Below, one piece after another: positions 24,841 through 36,813 of a stretch of 64,000 bases of DNA (positions are counted from its first letter, which is position 1; every line of letters begins with the position of its first letter). The notes beneath the pieces are model-generated. The model did no database searches. It was not told where the DNA came from and saw only the letters and a program-made list of their open reading frames with translations. Location of the stretch: assembly GCF_041146345.1 (NCBI RefSeq), contig NW_027191406.1, positions 558,001 through 622,000 of the forward strand. Reading direction: 5' to 3'. The position numbers and the translations under genes were made by a program. The DNA is from Neodothiora populina. Lineage: Eukaryota.

Positions 24841-26741
24841 ATGGCGTCGGAAGGCACAAAACTAGTGCCTACAGGAGCTACCGCTGATGGACCTCTCAAG
24901 GGTGCCGTTGTACAAAAGACTACGGATAGTCTGATAGACGACGATGAGCCCGGTGTCTCTGCTCAATTCGATGAGCTTTTTCTGACTACAAGATATGGGA
25001 TCTGGTAAATATACCTGAACCTAAACATAGTATATGTAGCCGAAGCTGACAATCGATAAAGGTCATACTACTGGTATCGTTTTACTTTGATTCAACCTTT
25101 ACTCAAAGTGAGTGTTATACTGACCTTTCCAGCTACTACGTTGGTGCCAATGGACTTTCGTTGTTCAACTTTGGCCCTACGGCATTTCAGAACCTGATGT
25201 ACCAGGCTGCCGGCGATAGCGGAATCCTCTATTTCGCAGGCTCGAATCGCACCATCAACTCCATAGTTTGCTCTGCAATGGCATGTCGTTTGCTATTCAG
25301 ATCGTCCTCTTCCTCGTTATCGGATCCTTCGCGGACTTTGGCACTTTCCGTCCCAAATCTTGATCTTCCTGAGCACTGTCGCATACGCCATTGGTTTTGG
25401 ATGGCTCGGAGTGCACACCGAGGACAAGTGGAGGACCGGTGTAGGCCTTTACATCGTTGGCTTACTGTCCTATCAGCTCACTCTGACATATTGGACTGCT
25501 GCTTTCCCGGGACTTGCAAGGAACACCAAAGAGATTCGTGAAAGCGCCTTGCTGTACGAAAAGGGTGCCATTACCCAAGAGGAGTTTGAGAAGCAAGACT
25601 CGATGAAACGTAACGAGCTGAGCAATGTCGCCTTCACTGTACAGTCCCTCGGCGAGATCATTATCTTGGCTGTGATTGTCGGAATAATGTTCGGGTTGCA
25701 TGTCAATGACTCGACCGCAAACAACAACTGGGGTCTGAGTGTTCTCATCGCCATCGCCAGTGGTGTTTGGCTACTCCTGAGTATTCCCTGGTTCATCTTG
25801 GAGAAGAGAAGACCAGGTCTAGACACGACCGACAACATCATAATTGCTGGCTTCAAGCAATTGTGGAGTGCTACGACCCAAGTGTGGCAACTGCGCCAGT
25901 CCCTCTGCTATCTGATCGGTTAGTGTCCCCAACGACTATGACTCGAATCGGGCTAATGTATATACAGGCTACTTCCTGCTAGGTGATTCATTGAACACAT
26001 CAGTGACAGTCATTGGGACGCTGCAGAATGCTGTTGTTACTTACAACACCCTTGAGCTGACTTATCTGCTTCTTGTTGGTATTGCAGCACAGGCAGCTGG
26101 CATTTATTCGTTTTGTATGTTGAAGCAAGCACCTATTGACATGGTGGTCAGTCACTAACAGCATGAATAGGGTTCGTGCAGAAGAAATTTCAATTATCGA
26201 CGAAGTTCATGTCCAACATCGTCGCTGGTGCTATGATCTTGTTGGATGGCTGGGGTATGATTGGTATCTGGACACAGGTTAGTCATTCTGATCTCAACGG
26301 CACATGCACTGTGACCAAAGGCTTACGTCCCATCCGCAGAACTTCGGTTTCCACAACGCATGGGAGTTCTGGGTGTACCAGACTTTCTACGGCCTTTTCG
26401 TCTGTCCCTGGTATGCATACAGTCAGACCATGATTCCCGAGGTGACGCCTCGTGGTAGAGAGTTTCTATTCTTCTCCCTCTTCAGCATTGTCGGCAAGAC
26501 GTCCGCTTTCATTGGCCCGCTGGTGTCCTCAGCCATCATCGATGCATCGCCATCAAAGAACAACAGCGCGCCATTCTACTTCCTTTTTGCATTGAGTGTG
26601 GCCAGCTTCCTGTTCTTGCTATTTTTCGTCGATCTAGACAAGAGTCAGGTTGAGCAGGCCATCTTCTTGGAGAAAGCAAAGGACGAAGCAAAGGGTCATG
26701 TGCAGGCGCAGGGAGTCCAGCTTGATGAGACCACAGAATGA
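24841..26741 (+). CDS. ATG22: Atg22-like MFS vacuolar amino-acid efflux transporter; multi-exon, with two apparent 1-nt deletions in exon 3 (pseudogene or assembly error)
   Basis: Multiple TM helices; 'IGSFADFG', 'YWTAAFPGLARN', 'PWYAYSQTMIPEVTPRGREFLFFSLFSIVGKTSAFIGP'. Exons 24841-25004, 25062-25073 (12 nt), 25133-25918, then three more to TGA at 26741. Frame breaks at about 25269 and 25356. Confidence 0.8.
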
Positions 26742-27720
26742 GGTAGGCAGAAGGAAAGGCTGCATCGAGGATGACAAGAACGATGGATAATCCATCAACG
26801 CATATACCAGAAGTGATTTCAAGGCTACAATTGAATACAGTTCCGACGAGCCTTGGTTTCGCAGCAGCATGAAGTGAGAGATTGACGGTGTTGATCAAGT
26901 AGTATGCACGTGCATGGATCATGGTTTTTGTAGGGCTCGTGTCAATCAAATCAGATCACCAGCAGACGCGCACTTCGTAGGTTGCATTGTGTTTTGAACA
27001 CTGCAGATCATCAGGATTCGTACAAATAAGTCAAGTGAAGGATAACCAGTTGTGCCAATAGAAAGGACAGAGTCAAGTACCAAAAACGAATCAGATAGAT
27101 CAGAGATTAATTCAAGATCAGTATACAATAGTTACAAAGCACAAATCTTTGTAGTAAAAGAAGCAAATGTGTCCAGGAAGATTCAGAAGACTGTAATAGG
27201 CGAATACAAGGTAGGTGAAGGAGGATAGATTAGCTCAGGTGCGTGTGGTGGAGCTTCTCCAGAAAGCGCCTTGACTTTCTATGCGAACCAACACCACAAT
27301 CCGCGCACCTTAGACAGGGAGACTAGGCCGGCCCCGCATAAGGTACCCTCCCCTAGACAATGCCAACGATTATTTAGCCCCGAAGACCATTGTGTTTTCT
27401 TCTCCTCGTACTCGTTTTCGTTGTTGTGCATTCTCTTTTCTCTCTGCCACCAAAATGATCTCCTCCGTGCTGGGGCTCTCTTCCATCCACTTGGCACGCT
27501 GCTATTTCCGTGACGCTGCACGGACCCGACCAGCGTTGCAGCACAGCAAGCAAGCAAGCAACATGAGAGCAGCACACAACTCTATTTTCTTCGCCAGCCT
27601 CAATGAGAGATTACGTAAGCCCAAGAGAAGGACGACACACGGACCACCAGGCACAGCCGAGAGGCCGAATGGAAAAAGGCTTGGAAGAATGGGGAAACGT
27701 GGGCTCTAGCAAGTGTAAAG

Positions 27721-27770
27721 CACAGCAAAGCAAAGCACAGCAGAGCAGCGCAGCGCAGTACAGTGCACCG
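27721..27770. repeat. Degenerate pentamer repeat (CAnnG)x10
   Basis: cacag caaag caaag cacag cagag cagcg cagcg cagta cagtg caccg, upstream of SWI1. Confidence 0.75.
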
Positions 27771-28363
27771 GACGGCAACTACGCGCGTCACGATTCAACA
27801 GCTTGTCTTGTCTTTACTGGCGCCCAAAGATTACCTTATACGTGAGCTGCTTCTATCGCTATACATTATTACCCTTTAGCACATGTTCCAGGTACATACC
27901 TCCCCCCCTTGTGTCTCTTTAGCCCGTGTTTTATGCCCTTTCTTTCGTCACACCGCGCATGACGTGACTCTTTATCCTCCCACACAGCACACAGCGCGCC
28001 CCCCTCTTCTGACCGACAGCCTCATCTCTCTCTATCGGCCTCGGAGACCCAGACCAAGACCCAGTCCCATACACAGACGCGTTGGCTCGTGATGCGCTAG
28101 CCATTTCACATGCTCTCTCTCTGATGGGACGCGTCTCTGGCCGGCTGCTAGTCTGATGGATTTGATGAGCTTTTGCTGTTTGATGTTTGCCTATTGCTCA
28201 CACACTCACTGACCCTTCTCTCTGCCTATTGATTTCGACTCGCTGCCACGCGCCCCTCCCCGCGCCTAGTCCACGGTTCACCCTAAGAGGTTGTTTCTCC
28301 CGCTAATCATCTGTTGTGTTACAGGCCTGCCCTATGCCGTTGCTGTAGTATTGTCTGCCGACC

Positions 28364-29819
28364 ATGAGCGCCTGGCCCCAGCCTTCGTCCAACGGCGTCT
28401 TTATGCAAGATGCGGGCTCGCAGAACATGATGAACCCATCGTCAATGGCTGCCCTTTACAACCAGGCCAACGTCCAGAATAGCGGCTTTGACATGAACCA
28501 ATTCCAGAACAACCCCATGCAGCCGCAGGGCATGCAGAATGGCAGCGTCAATCCTCAAGCTACCTTTGGCAACCCTACATACAATGTCAATCCAATTGTC
28601 CCCTCGAAGCGACCGAGACCAGGTGACGACGGCATGGCTGCCTCACCCCGGCCTGGTCAGAATCCCATGAGCCTCTCGCGATCGCAAACACCGATGCAGA
28701 ATGCGCAACCCTTCCCACCCTTCTCAGCACCCCATCAATCGACACCACAGCCGCAATTCCAAGCTCCCACACCATATCAACACCTTCAACATGCTGGTTC
28801 TGCGAATGCCACCCCATCGCCCACGATGCAGAACCAGCATTTCCGCCCGCCACCCCACCCGGCGCAGCGCATGTCCACCGCATCCCCGGCTACCTTCAAT
28901 CAGACCCCGCAAGGCATGCCCGCCGCCATGTCGCCCACAATGTCGAATCACGGCGGAGGAACGCCCAACTTGATGCAAGGGCAGGGCAATGCTGGACAGG
29001 GCTTCAATCCCGTCCAGCCATTCAACCAAAACTTTGGCGCAGGCACACCCGCGTCCATGGGCATGTCCATGTCTGGGGCCGCGACTCCTTCTGCTATGAA
29101 CATGGCAGCGAATCCACAGTTGCAACAGCAATACCAGCAGAGGATATATCAGCAACGCCTACAACAAGCCCAGCAGAAGATGCAGGCTAATCAAGCCAAC
29201 CAGCCAAACAATCTCTCGGGTTCGAGACCTGGGACGGGACAACAGCCAAACATGTTCAACCCCGGAGCGGCGCAACAGCCGAATCAGTCGTCACCCAACG
29301 GTAATATGAATGCTCAAGGCGCCGCCGGTGCAGGCTCGGGGGCTGAAAAGCAACAACATTGGCTTCGGAACTTGGCAACATATATGCAACAGCAGGGCAA
29401 GCCTTTTAATCCACACCCTCCTATCTGCGGCAGGCCACTCAGTCTTTACTACCTTTGGGCCTGTGTCTTGCAAGTTGGAGGTTCGCAAAGGGCAAGCGCG
29501 ACTAACATGTGGCCTGCAATTGCGCAAAAGCTGCAATATCCCCCGCAGCAGTATCCATCCGCAGCCCAAGAGCTGAAAGCCACTTTCGAGAATGTCCTTG
29601 GCAGCTACGAGAGGACCTACATGCAAGCGCGACTGGCGCAGCGTCAACAGCAGGCGGCTCAACTGCAAGCACGACAGATGGCCGGCATGGGCTCCAGTGG
29701 ACAAGGCTCGCCTACAGCAGCGGCCGATCAAAGCCAGGCTCAGTCATCTTTTGCGCAGATGCAGCAAATGCAACAGCAAATGCAGCAAAGGGTACAGCAG
29801 CAGCAGCAACAGCAACAGC

Positions 29820-29875
<56 letters not shown>

Positions 29876-32011
29876 GCGCAGCAGCAGCAGCAAGCGCAAC
29901 AACAAGCACAGCAACAAGCGCAGCAACAGCAACAGCAACAGCAATTGCAACAGCGGCAACAAAAAGAGCAGCAACAGCAACAGCAAATGCAAATGCAGCA
30001 ACAGCAGCGCGAGCAACAACAGCAGGCACAAGCACTGGCCCAGCAGCAGCAACAGCAGCAGCAACAGCGTGAGCAACAACAACAGCAGCAGCAGCAGGCA
30101 CAACAACACCAACAACAGCAACGAGCTGCTTCGATCATGAGTCAGCAGAGCCAACAGGGTACACCGTTACAAAGACAGACCTCGATTCCGGCCGGCAATG
30201 GTATCGGGACGCCTCAGCTCAAGAATCTGCATCAGCCCCAAACTCCCATGGACCACAGGAGGAATTCCAGCCTGAGCAGGATGGAGCCAGCGCAGATTCA
30301 AGATCATACCGAAGTTAGGTCAGCTCCTTCTCCAAGCATGATGGCCAAAATCGAGCCCGCTCAATTCAATGGAACGCCTGCCATCAAGCGCGAAGCCAGC
30401 ACACTTTCCGTCAAGCAAATGCCTGTGGAGGAATCGACCGAGTACGAGACAAAAAAACGCACCCTCGAGTTCCACGGTGGGTACGATGTGCTGCCTTTGT
30501 TCAGCCTTGGCGATTCTCTCCAGAGACTCGTTCCAGATGTCCCTGCTATCGAGGAGATGGGTGTGATAGATCTACGCGCTTTGACTTTAAGTCTGCAATC
30601 TGGGATCCACTCGGAAGTGCGCTACGCCCTCGATCATTTAACACTGTTATCGATGGATCTACGCATCTCTATGGAGCTCGAAAAATGTCAGGATCTGACT
30701 GATATTCTGGTCGATTGTGGTGAAGATCAACTCGACTTGTTGTCTGAAGATGCCGCCGAAGTGTCTGACGCCCTTGACCTCTCTTCGTACGAGGACATTC
30801 TGCGCGCATGTCGTAATGAAGCGGAGACTCTGCAAGAGGTGCCAGCATTCGGTACAGCCGCGTACGAGTTAGATCGAGCCGCTGATCGTCTTATTGCCGT
30901 TACTCAGCTCTTGAGGAATTTCTCTTTCATCGAAGGCAACCATCGCCTGCTTTCGTCTGCCCCAGTCATCGGGTTCATTTCTAATGCGATCAGACTGCTG
31001 GGCACTCGAAATATGCTGCTTCGTAATGCGAAGAATGTAGCAGACTTTTACAAAGATGTGATAACGTTCCTCTCCAACGTCACAGGCGTTCTGGAGCTGC
31101 CCTCGCGGGACGATGCACTGCACGTGTTGCAGTTCATCCTGGTCTTTGCTCCTCAACCACCTCCATCCATGTCTGGAGACGCGGCATTCCGGTTCTCGCC
31201 GTACACACCTCTGGCACATCGCCAGCTACCTCTCGCCGTCGACTGTCTCGCCAAGCTTCTAGCTCGACAGGAGCCCAACAGATCACTCTATCGAAGTATC
31301 TTTTCATCTGGCCACATGCCACAGTCATCGGAAGCGACGTCCCCGGCAGAACTATTGACTGCTGCATTCGGGCTGAGCATCTCTGTACTCCCGGAACGAT
31401 CAAAAAGACTGCTATCGAACCAGACGGAGATGCGCACCGTTGAAGCCCGCCAGGCTGTGCTGACGCAGGGCATGCTGGCAGCAGATATCCTCGCCTCGAT
31501 GGTGCCGTCGGTATCACACTCGTCTGATAGTGGAGAGCTAAATTTAGCAAGGACATGGCTGGAGTCGGAAGATCGATGGGCAAGCGGTTTGTTGCGTATG
31601 GCCTACGTTCTTCTGACACTGCCGCGACAGCAAACGCAACACCAAGCGCAGCGCGGACAGGCAGGTCACATGCCGGTGCTCGAGCCTGACCATCAAGGTC
31701 TGGGACTGATAACGCACAGAGGGCTAGAAATGCTCGTCCGCCTCGTGGACAAGGCCGGTTTGACGGGCGGGAAACGGCTGGATTCTCTGAGGCACGCAGG
31801 ACATTCTGACGACAGCCAGGGCAAGATGGGCGCACTGGACGACTACGAAGACGACGACGACGACGACGACGACGACGATTCGGCCGCCGGCGACATGCTG
31901 CAGGGAGACCCTCGACCTATGAGGGAGACTGTGCTCGGGGCACTGGGCATGCCCGAAGTGGACAAGACAGCTTTGAGATTGCTATGCGGACTGTACGAAA
32001 TGGTTGGCTGA
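28364..32011 (+). CDS. SWI1: SWI/SNF subunit Swi1/Sol1 (ARID domain, polyQ, C-terminal BAF250-like region)
   Basis: ARID-like 'PPICGRPLSLYYLWACVLQVGGSQRASATNMWPAIAQKL'. C-terminal 'GVIDLRALTLSLQSGIHSEVRYALDHL' and 'LLRNFSFIEGNHRLL'. Q/N/P/M-rich N-terminal half. Confidence 0.9.
29795..29875 (+). repeat. Uninterrupted Q27 tract including a pure (CAA)19 microsatellite (29819-29875)
   Basis: Counted directly from the sequence; embedded in a Q-rich region spanning about 29755-30122. Confidence 0.95.
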
Positions 32012-32926
32012 ATTGTATTACAATGAACAGGAGGACGAGAAAAGGAAAAAAAAACAGAACGGGGAATTGGGGAGGTCCAAATGAGGTAAAGGGGAGTACT
32101 GGCAGTGGTGGGTCCATTAGTCTTCTTGAACTCCTGCCTTCCAACTTTTCTAATAAACGATGGAAAGGCAGTGGGTTGTATTTTACATGGACGCGGTAGT
32201 AGTGTCACTTCTCAATCACCAGGGTCAAGAGAGCGCCAGGGCGAGACAAGGTTTAAATGGAGGGGGACAGGGGAACACAGACATGCATACAAGCATCGCA
32301 TATGGACGGTGGTGGACGGGTGAAAGACTGGCGGGACCGTGGGCGGGGGTTTCCACTGCTTTCTTGCTCCTTTTCGCTTTCAAGCAGACAGACTCTGGCC
32401 TCCCCCCCCCCCACCAACCCGCAGTCTAAACATACGGAAAGGCGTTTTATTGTCAATCTGTTCTTTTACTTTTACTTCACTTTTTTTTTATACGTGGTTC
32501 TTTCTCCGACTTGGTGCTTTCGTTCTTGTTGTATATTTTCCTGTTCCCTTCTTTTTTTTTGGTTGAAGAGTGTGAAGAACAAACTCCAAAGAGAGCCCGA
32601 ATTGCCCATAATGACCAACTTTGTGTGAGAGACCGATGGATACATTCCATTGCTATCGACTATAGGATTGCTAGGATTAGCAGCACCATTATTCATTGAG
32701 GAATAACAGGATTTTTTCGGTTGGGTTTTATGAGCAAAGAATACAAGAAGAAAGAGATTCGGGGGTATCGTTCTCATTGTCGTAGTCGTCGTTGTGTGAG
32801 CCAGACCCGATCGCACCGCGCCAGACCAAGTCAGAGCATGCTGATTCTGCTAGGTCCTAGAGTTCAAGAAGTAGGACTACTACATCGAAGCAGGCAAGCA
32901 AGGGAAAACGAAGAGCAAAACAAAGC

Positions 32927-33901
32927 CTAGAACATGAGGCCACCGAGCATCATTCCACCAGCAAGACCTCCGATCAACGGCAGCCCCATTCCGCCACCGT
33001 AACCATATCCATAAGGTCTCTGATAAGGCATGGCAGGGGTGATGAAGCGAGCATTAGGATTAGTGTAGGGGCCCTGACTGTAGGGATTGATCATGCGTCC
33101 GTTCTGGGTGTAATAGGCGCCCTGCATACCACCGGGAGGCTCGATGTAGACGTCTTTGCCCTGGCGGTCTTTGCCGATGAGCTGGGGCTGGCCCGTCTGC
33201 ATCGCTCGCTGCATGGCGCGGCGGTAGACGAGGTGGCGCTCGTACGCTTGTCGTTCCTCCTCGGCGCGCTTTTGCCGCTCGACTTCGCGTTGTTGGTGAG
33301 TTGTGCTCGTCACTTTGTCTTTCATTTTGCGGCCCAGGCGGTGCACGCCGCTGATTTGCTCGTCGGACTGGGGGGTTGTGCCATATGAGGAGGAAGAAGA
33401 AGATGCGCCAGCGCCGGCGGCAGTAGCAGCAGCAGCAGCAGCAGCAGCAGCAGAGGTTGTGTGTGAGGATTTGCCCTTGGATGGAAGGGCGTGGTGAGCG
33501 GCGTCTTCTTCGTCTGAGCTTTCGGCGAGGAGGTCAGCAGGGGTGGGCACGCGCTGCTCTTCCTGGATTCGTTCTCGCTCTTCAGACGTCAAAGTAGACA
33601 GGTATTGCTCGTCGTCGTATGGGTGATGCCAGATGCTGCGGGGAGGATCGGCGCGAGTGTCGACGAAGAACTGGTGGGCGTTTGTGCCGTCGTATTGGCG
33701 AACCCAGCCAGGTGGCAAGCGACGTCCCTCGTCTTCCATGCTGCGTCTGTCGGCGGGTGGGATGCCATTGCGAGCGCGGTTTGGATGCAGGAATGATGAT
33801 GCGCCGCCACTGTTGGAAGCACGAGAGGGATCACCAGAGGGAGCGCCTGATGTGGCAGCACTGTATGGAGGTGGAGCTTCGGCAGGTATTTGTGACGACA
33901 T
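32927..33901 (-). CDS. WW-domain protein (Wwm1-like) with PPxY motif and Gly-rich hydrophobic C-terminus
   Basis: 'LPPGWVRQYDGTNAHQFFVDTRADPPRSIWHHP' WW domain, N-terminal PPPY, poly-Ala tract, and 'GLPLIGGLAGGMMLGGLMF' tail. Confidence 0.85.
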   Translation of the reverse strand: MSSQIPAEAPPPYSAATSGAPSGDPSRASNSGGASSFLHPNRARNGIPPADRRSMEDEGRRLPPGWVRQYDGTNAHQFFVDTRADPPRSIWHHPYDDEQYLSTLTSEERERIQEEQRVPTPADLLAESSDEEDAAHHALPSKGKSSHTTSAAAAAAAAATAAGAGASSSSSSYGTTPQSDEQISGVHRLGRKMKDKVTSTTHQQREVERQKRAEEERQAYERHLVYRRAMQRAMQTGQPQLIGKDRQGKDVYIEPPGGMQGAYYTQNGRMINPYSQGPYTNPNARFITPAMPYQRPYGYGYGGGMGLPLIGGLAGGMMLGGLMF

Positions 33902-34481
33902 TATGTCGACTGGTTTCTGTGGTTGTGATGGGAGTCGATGGAGTCGTTGGGTTGGATGTAGGGGAAGTTGTTGCAGTGAGGAAGAAAAGACTTGATTGAG
34001 GATGAGAAGAGGGGTATAAAATATGGCTATGTCATCGACGTTGTTATACTACTAGCACAAGAGCTTGAGGTAGTGCAAGTGTGGCACTGCAGTATATAAG
34101 GTATTGTATTGTAGTGCCAGGCACGCTACTCTGCCGTACTCCATTTTGCCTCACCTTATTCTCTATAGCCCCCCCCTTATCTGCTATACCTCATCTTACC
34201 TTTTCCTAAGTTACTCTTGTCTTGCTTCTCGATTGCATGTCAATGGATATGGAAGGTAGACACCTCAGTGTACGTCAGGCCGAGCATAAGATATCGTCAT
34301 GGTTCGCACAGCCACGGCACGCACTGCCCTCTTACAGTGCAGTGCAGTGGCGCGACAGGCAGATAAGCTTCTGGCTATTGCTTCGTAGCGCGTGAGCTTA
34401 TCGGCTTATCGGCTCGATGCCCGGTGAGTTGTGGAGGAAAGAGCAAACAGAAGAGGAAAGAACACGAGCGACGCGCTCAGA

Positions 34482-34487
34482 ACGCGT
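34482..34487. promoter_or_regulatory. MCB-like element (ACGCGT) upstream of UNG1
   Basis: Perfect MluI box plus a second ACGCG at 34471-34475, about 170 bp upstream of a DNA-repair gene. MCB/MBF control of G1/S genes is established in ascomycetes. Confidence 0.5.
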
Positions 34488-34532
34488 CCGCGAATAGATT
34501 AATCGTCATGTCGTCGTCTTCTCTCTCTCTCT

Positions 34533-34591
34533 TTCACCAGACATCTTCACCAGACATCTTCACCAGACATCTTCACCAGACATCTTCACCA
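34533..34591. repeat. 13-bp minisatellite (TTCACCAGACATC)x4.5 in the UNG1 leader
   Basis: Four perfect copies at 34533, 34546, 34559 and 34572, plus a partial TTCACCA. Confidence 0.95.
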
Positions 34592-34650
34592 TCAGCATTG
34601 TATCGAGTTCGTTCTAACGGCAAGACAATTTCCCCACAAACCACACAAGC

Positions 34651-35686
34651 ATGTCGCTCAAGCGCAAGGCAGCCGATGTGGCGACGGCCGAAGTCAAGAA
34701 ACCCAAGGCGAACGCCTCCATCACCTCTTTCTTCGGTCCGCCCAAAACGTCCCCCTCGTCAGTCGCAAAAGACAACAACCCTTCGAAGCCCTCGACCGAA
34801 CCCGCCGTTCCAATCGCATTCGACAAAGGGAAATGGCTATCCACGCTCAGCGACGAGCAGAAAGCCCTGCTGCAGCTCGAGATCCACACGCTGGACGAGA
34901 GCTGGCTGAGCGTGCTCAAAGACGAAATCACGTCCAAAGAGTTCCTGAATCTCAAGAGATTCCTACAGTCCGAGGTCGAAGCCGGCCACAAAGTCTTCCC
35001 CCCGTCCGCCGACGTCTACAGCTGGTCACGACACACGCCGCTGCCGACGGTCAAAGCCGTCATCCTGGGTCAAGACCCCTACCACAACCACAACCAGGCC
35101 CACGGCCTCTGCTTCTCCGTGCGCCCTCCCACCCCCGCCCCGCCCTCGCTCAAGAACATGTACACCGCCCTGCGCAAGGACTACCCGACTTTCCAGCCGC
35201 CGCCTAACAACAGCGGTTTACTCACGCCCTGGGCCGACAACGGCGTACTGCTGCTGAACACGTGTCTGACCGTGCGCGCACACATGGCTAATTCCCACGC
35301 GAACAAGGGCTGGGAGAGGTTCACGCAGAAAGTCATCGACACCGTGGCTGCCAAACGCACGAGGGGTGTGGTGTTTCTGGCCTGGGGCACGCCGGCGCAG
35401 AAGAGGACGGCGGGCATCAACGGCTCGAAACATCTCGTGTTGAAGTCTGTGCATCCCAGTCCGTTGAGTGCGCATCGAGGTTTCGTAAGTTTCTTTTAAG
35501 TTTCTCTCTCACCTTTTCTCTCTTGCCTTCTTATCTTGATGATTGTTACTGACTGGCTTTCCTTTTTCTCAACAGCTCGACTGCGGGCACTTCAAGAAAG
35601 CCAACGAGTGGTTGAAGGAACGATACGGCGACGACGGCGTCATCGACTGGAACCTGAATGTCTCTCCCGAGAAAGCGGGAGTTTAA
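34651..35686 (+). CDS. UNG1: Uracil-DNA glycosylase; exons 34651-35484, 35576-35686
   Basis: 'ILGQDPYH', 'AHGLCFSV', 'PPSLKN', 'GVLLLN', 'HPSPLSA', plus a PIP-like 'ASITSFF'. Intron GTAAGT..ACTGAC..CAG. Confidence 0.97.
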
Positions 35687-36010
35687 ACAAGCGACAGGAG
35701 CAGAAGTAGGTCACGTCAGTCTTCCTTTCCGTCTCGGGGTGCAGAGCCGGTCTCGCATTTACATGAGGGGACTGAATGAATCGTGATTGTTGTATCAGAA
35801 CAAATTCAATATGGGGGCGGTTCATAGTGTAAAGAGATGAAACGAAACATGTATAACCCTATACATCTATTCCAAAACGCCAACCCCTTTGGGGGTGCCG
35901 GTGAATCTACAATTGCTAGGGAGGTGAAAGATAAAAGCAATCACGATGATGGATGGCAAGAATCATGCGCTTGTATTTCCTTCCTTGTCTCGTCGTGCGT
36001 GCCTTCCCAA

Positions 36011-36776
36011 TCACCGTCCTTCTCCCTCTCCTTCTTCCTTCTCTTGCCGTCGCTGTCCACTAGTACCAGAGCCCGCCCTGCTCCACTCCTCCTCCGAAAC
36101 CACCTCCGACGGCATACAAGTATCCTGCCTGGGCAACACAGCGCTCGCCCGATCCTCAACGAGCTCATCAACGCCGATCCCCAACATCGTCGCCTCTCTC
36201 TGCCTGACGAAAAACTTGATTCTCTCCTCCTTATGCCTGCTCTCGCTCTGCTGCCTGACGCGTCTCAGCTCCTTGCTCGCACGATCGTGCACGGCGTCTC
36301 TGGCCTCAAGGAATTTCTCCCCGGCGCTGTCCGCGCGCCCGTAGTTGGCCGTCGACCCGATCAATGCGAAAAGCAGCACCATGGTTACAAAGTACGAGTT
36401 GCGGATATATGTCGGGCCCTGGTGGTTGAAGGGATGAGACGGGTCTCGTCGCGCGTGGAACCGCTCCCAGTCTTCCCATGTGGCATTGGCCCATATGTCT
36501 GGGTCCGGATGGTTCTGCCAGCCGCTGAAGGGCCCCGGTCGTGATCCTGCGGCAGAGGCGGCCGCGGCCGAGTTGCGCGCGTTGGTCGCGGATACAGAGT
36601 CGGGTCCGCTGTCGCTCCAGCCAGTGCCGAAGCGGTCGTAGGCGGCGCGTTTGGCGGGGTCGGAGAGGATGCCGTGGGCGGCGACGATGAGACGGTAGCG
36701 CTCTATTTTCTGCGAGTGCGCGAGGTTGTGGCAAGGGTGCGAGGGAGGGAGCTTTGCTGCTGGCGCTTCGGAGGGG

Positions 36777-36813
<37 letters not shown>

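Noticed and set aside
29509..30154. Poly-Thr, -Asn, -Cys, -Leu and -Val ORFs
   Set aside because: Alternative-frame readings of the SWI1 CAA/CAG repeat.
34533..34591. CRISPR-like array
   Set aside because: Direct tandem repeats with no spacers, in a eukaryotic genome; a minisatellite.
34417..34650. Upstream UNG1 exon (ATG 34417, intron 34424-34624) giving an in-frame 11-aa extension
   Set aside because: Formally possible, but the putative intron would contain the MCB promoter elements; unsupported without transcripts.
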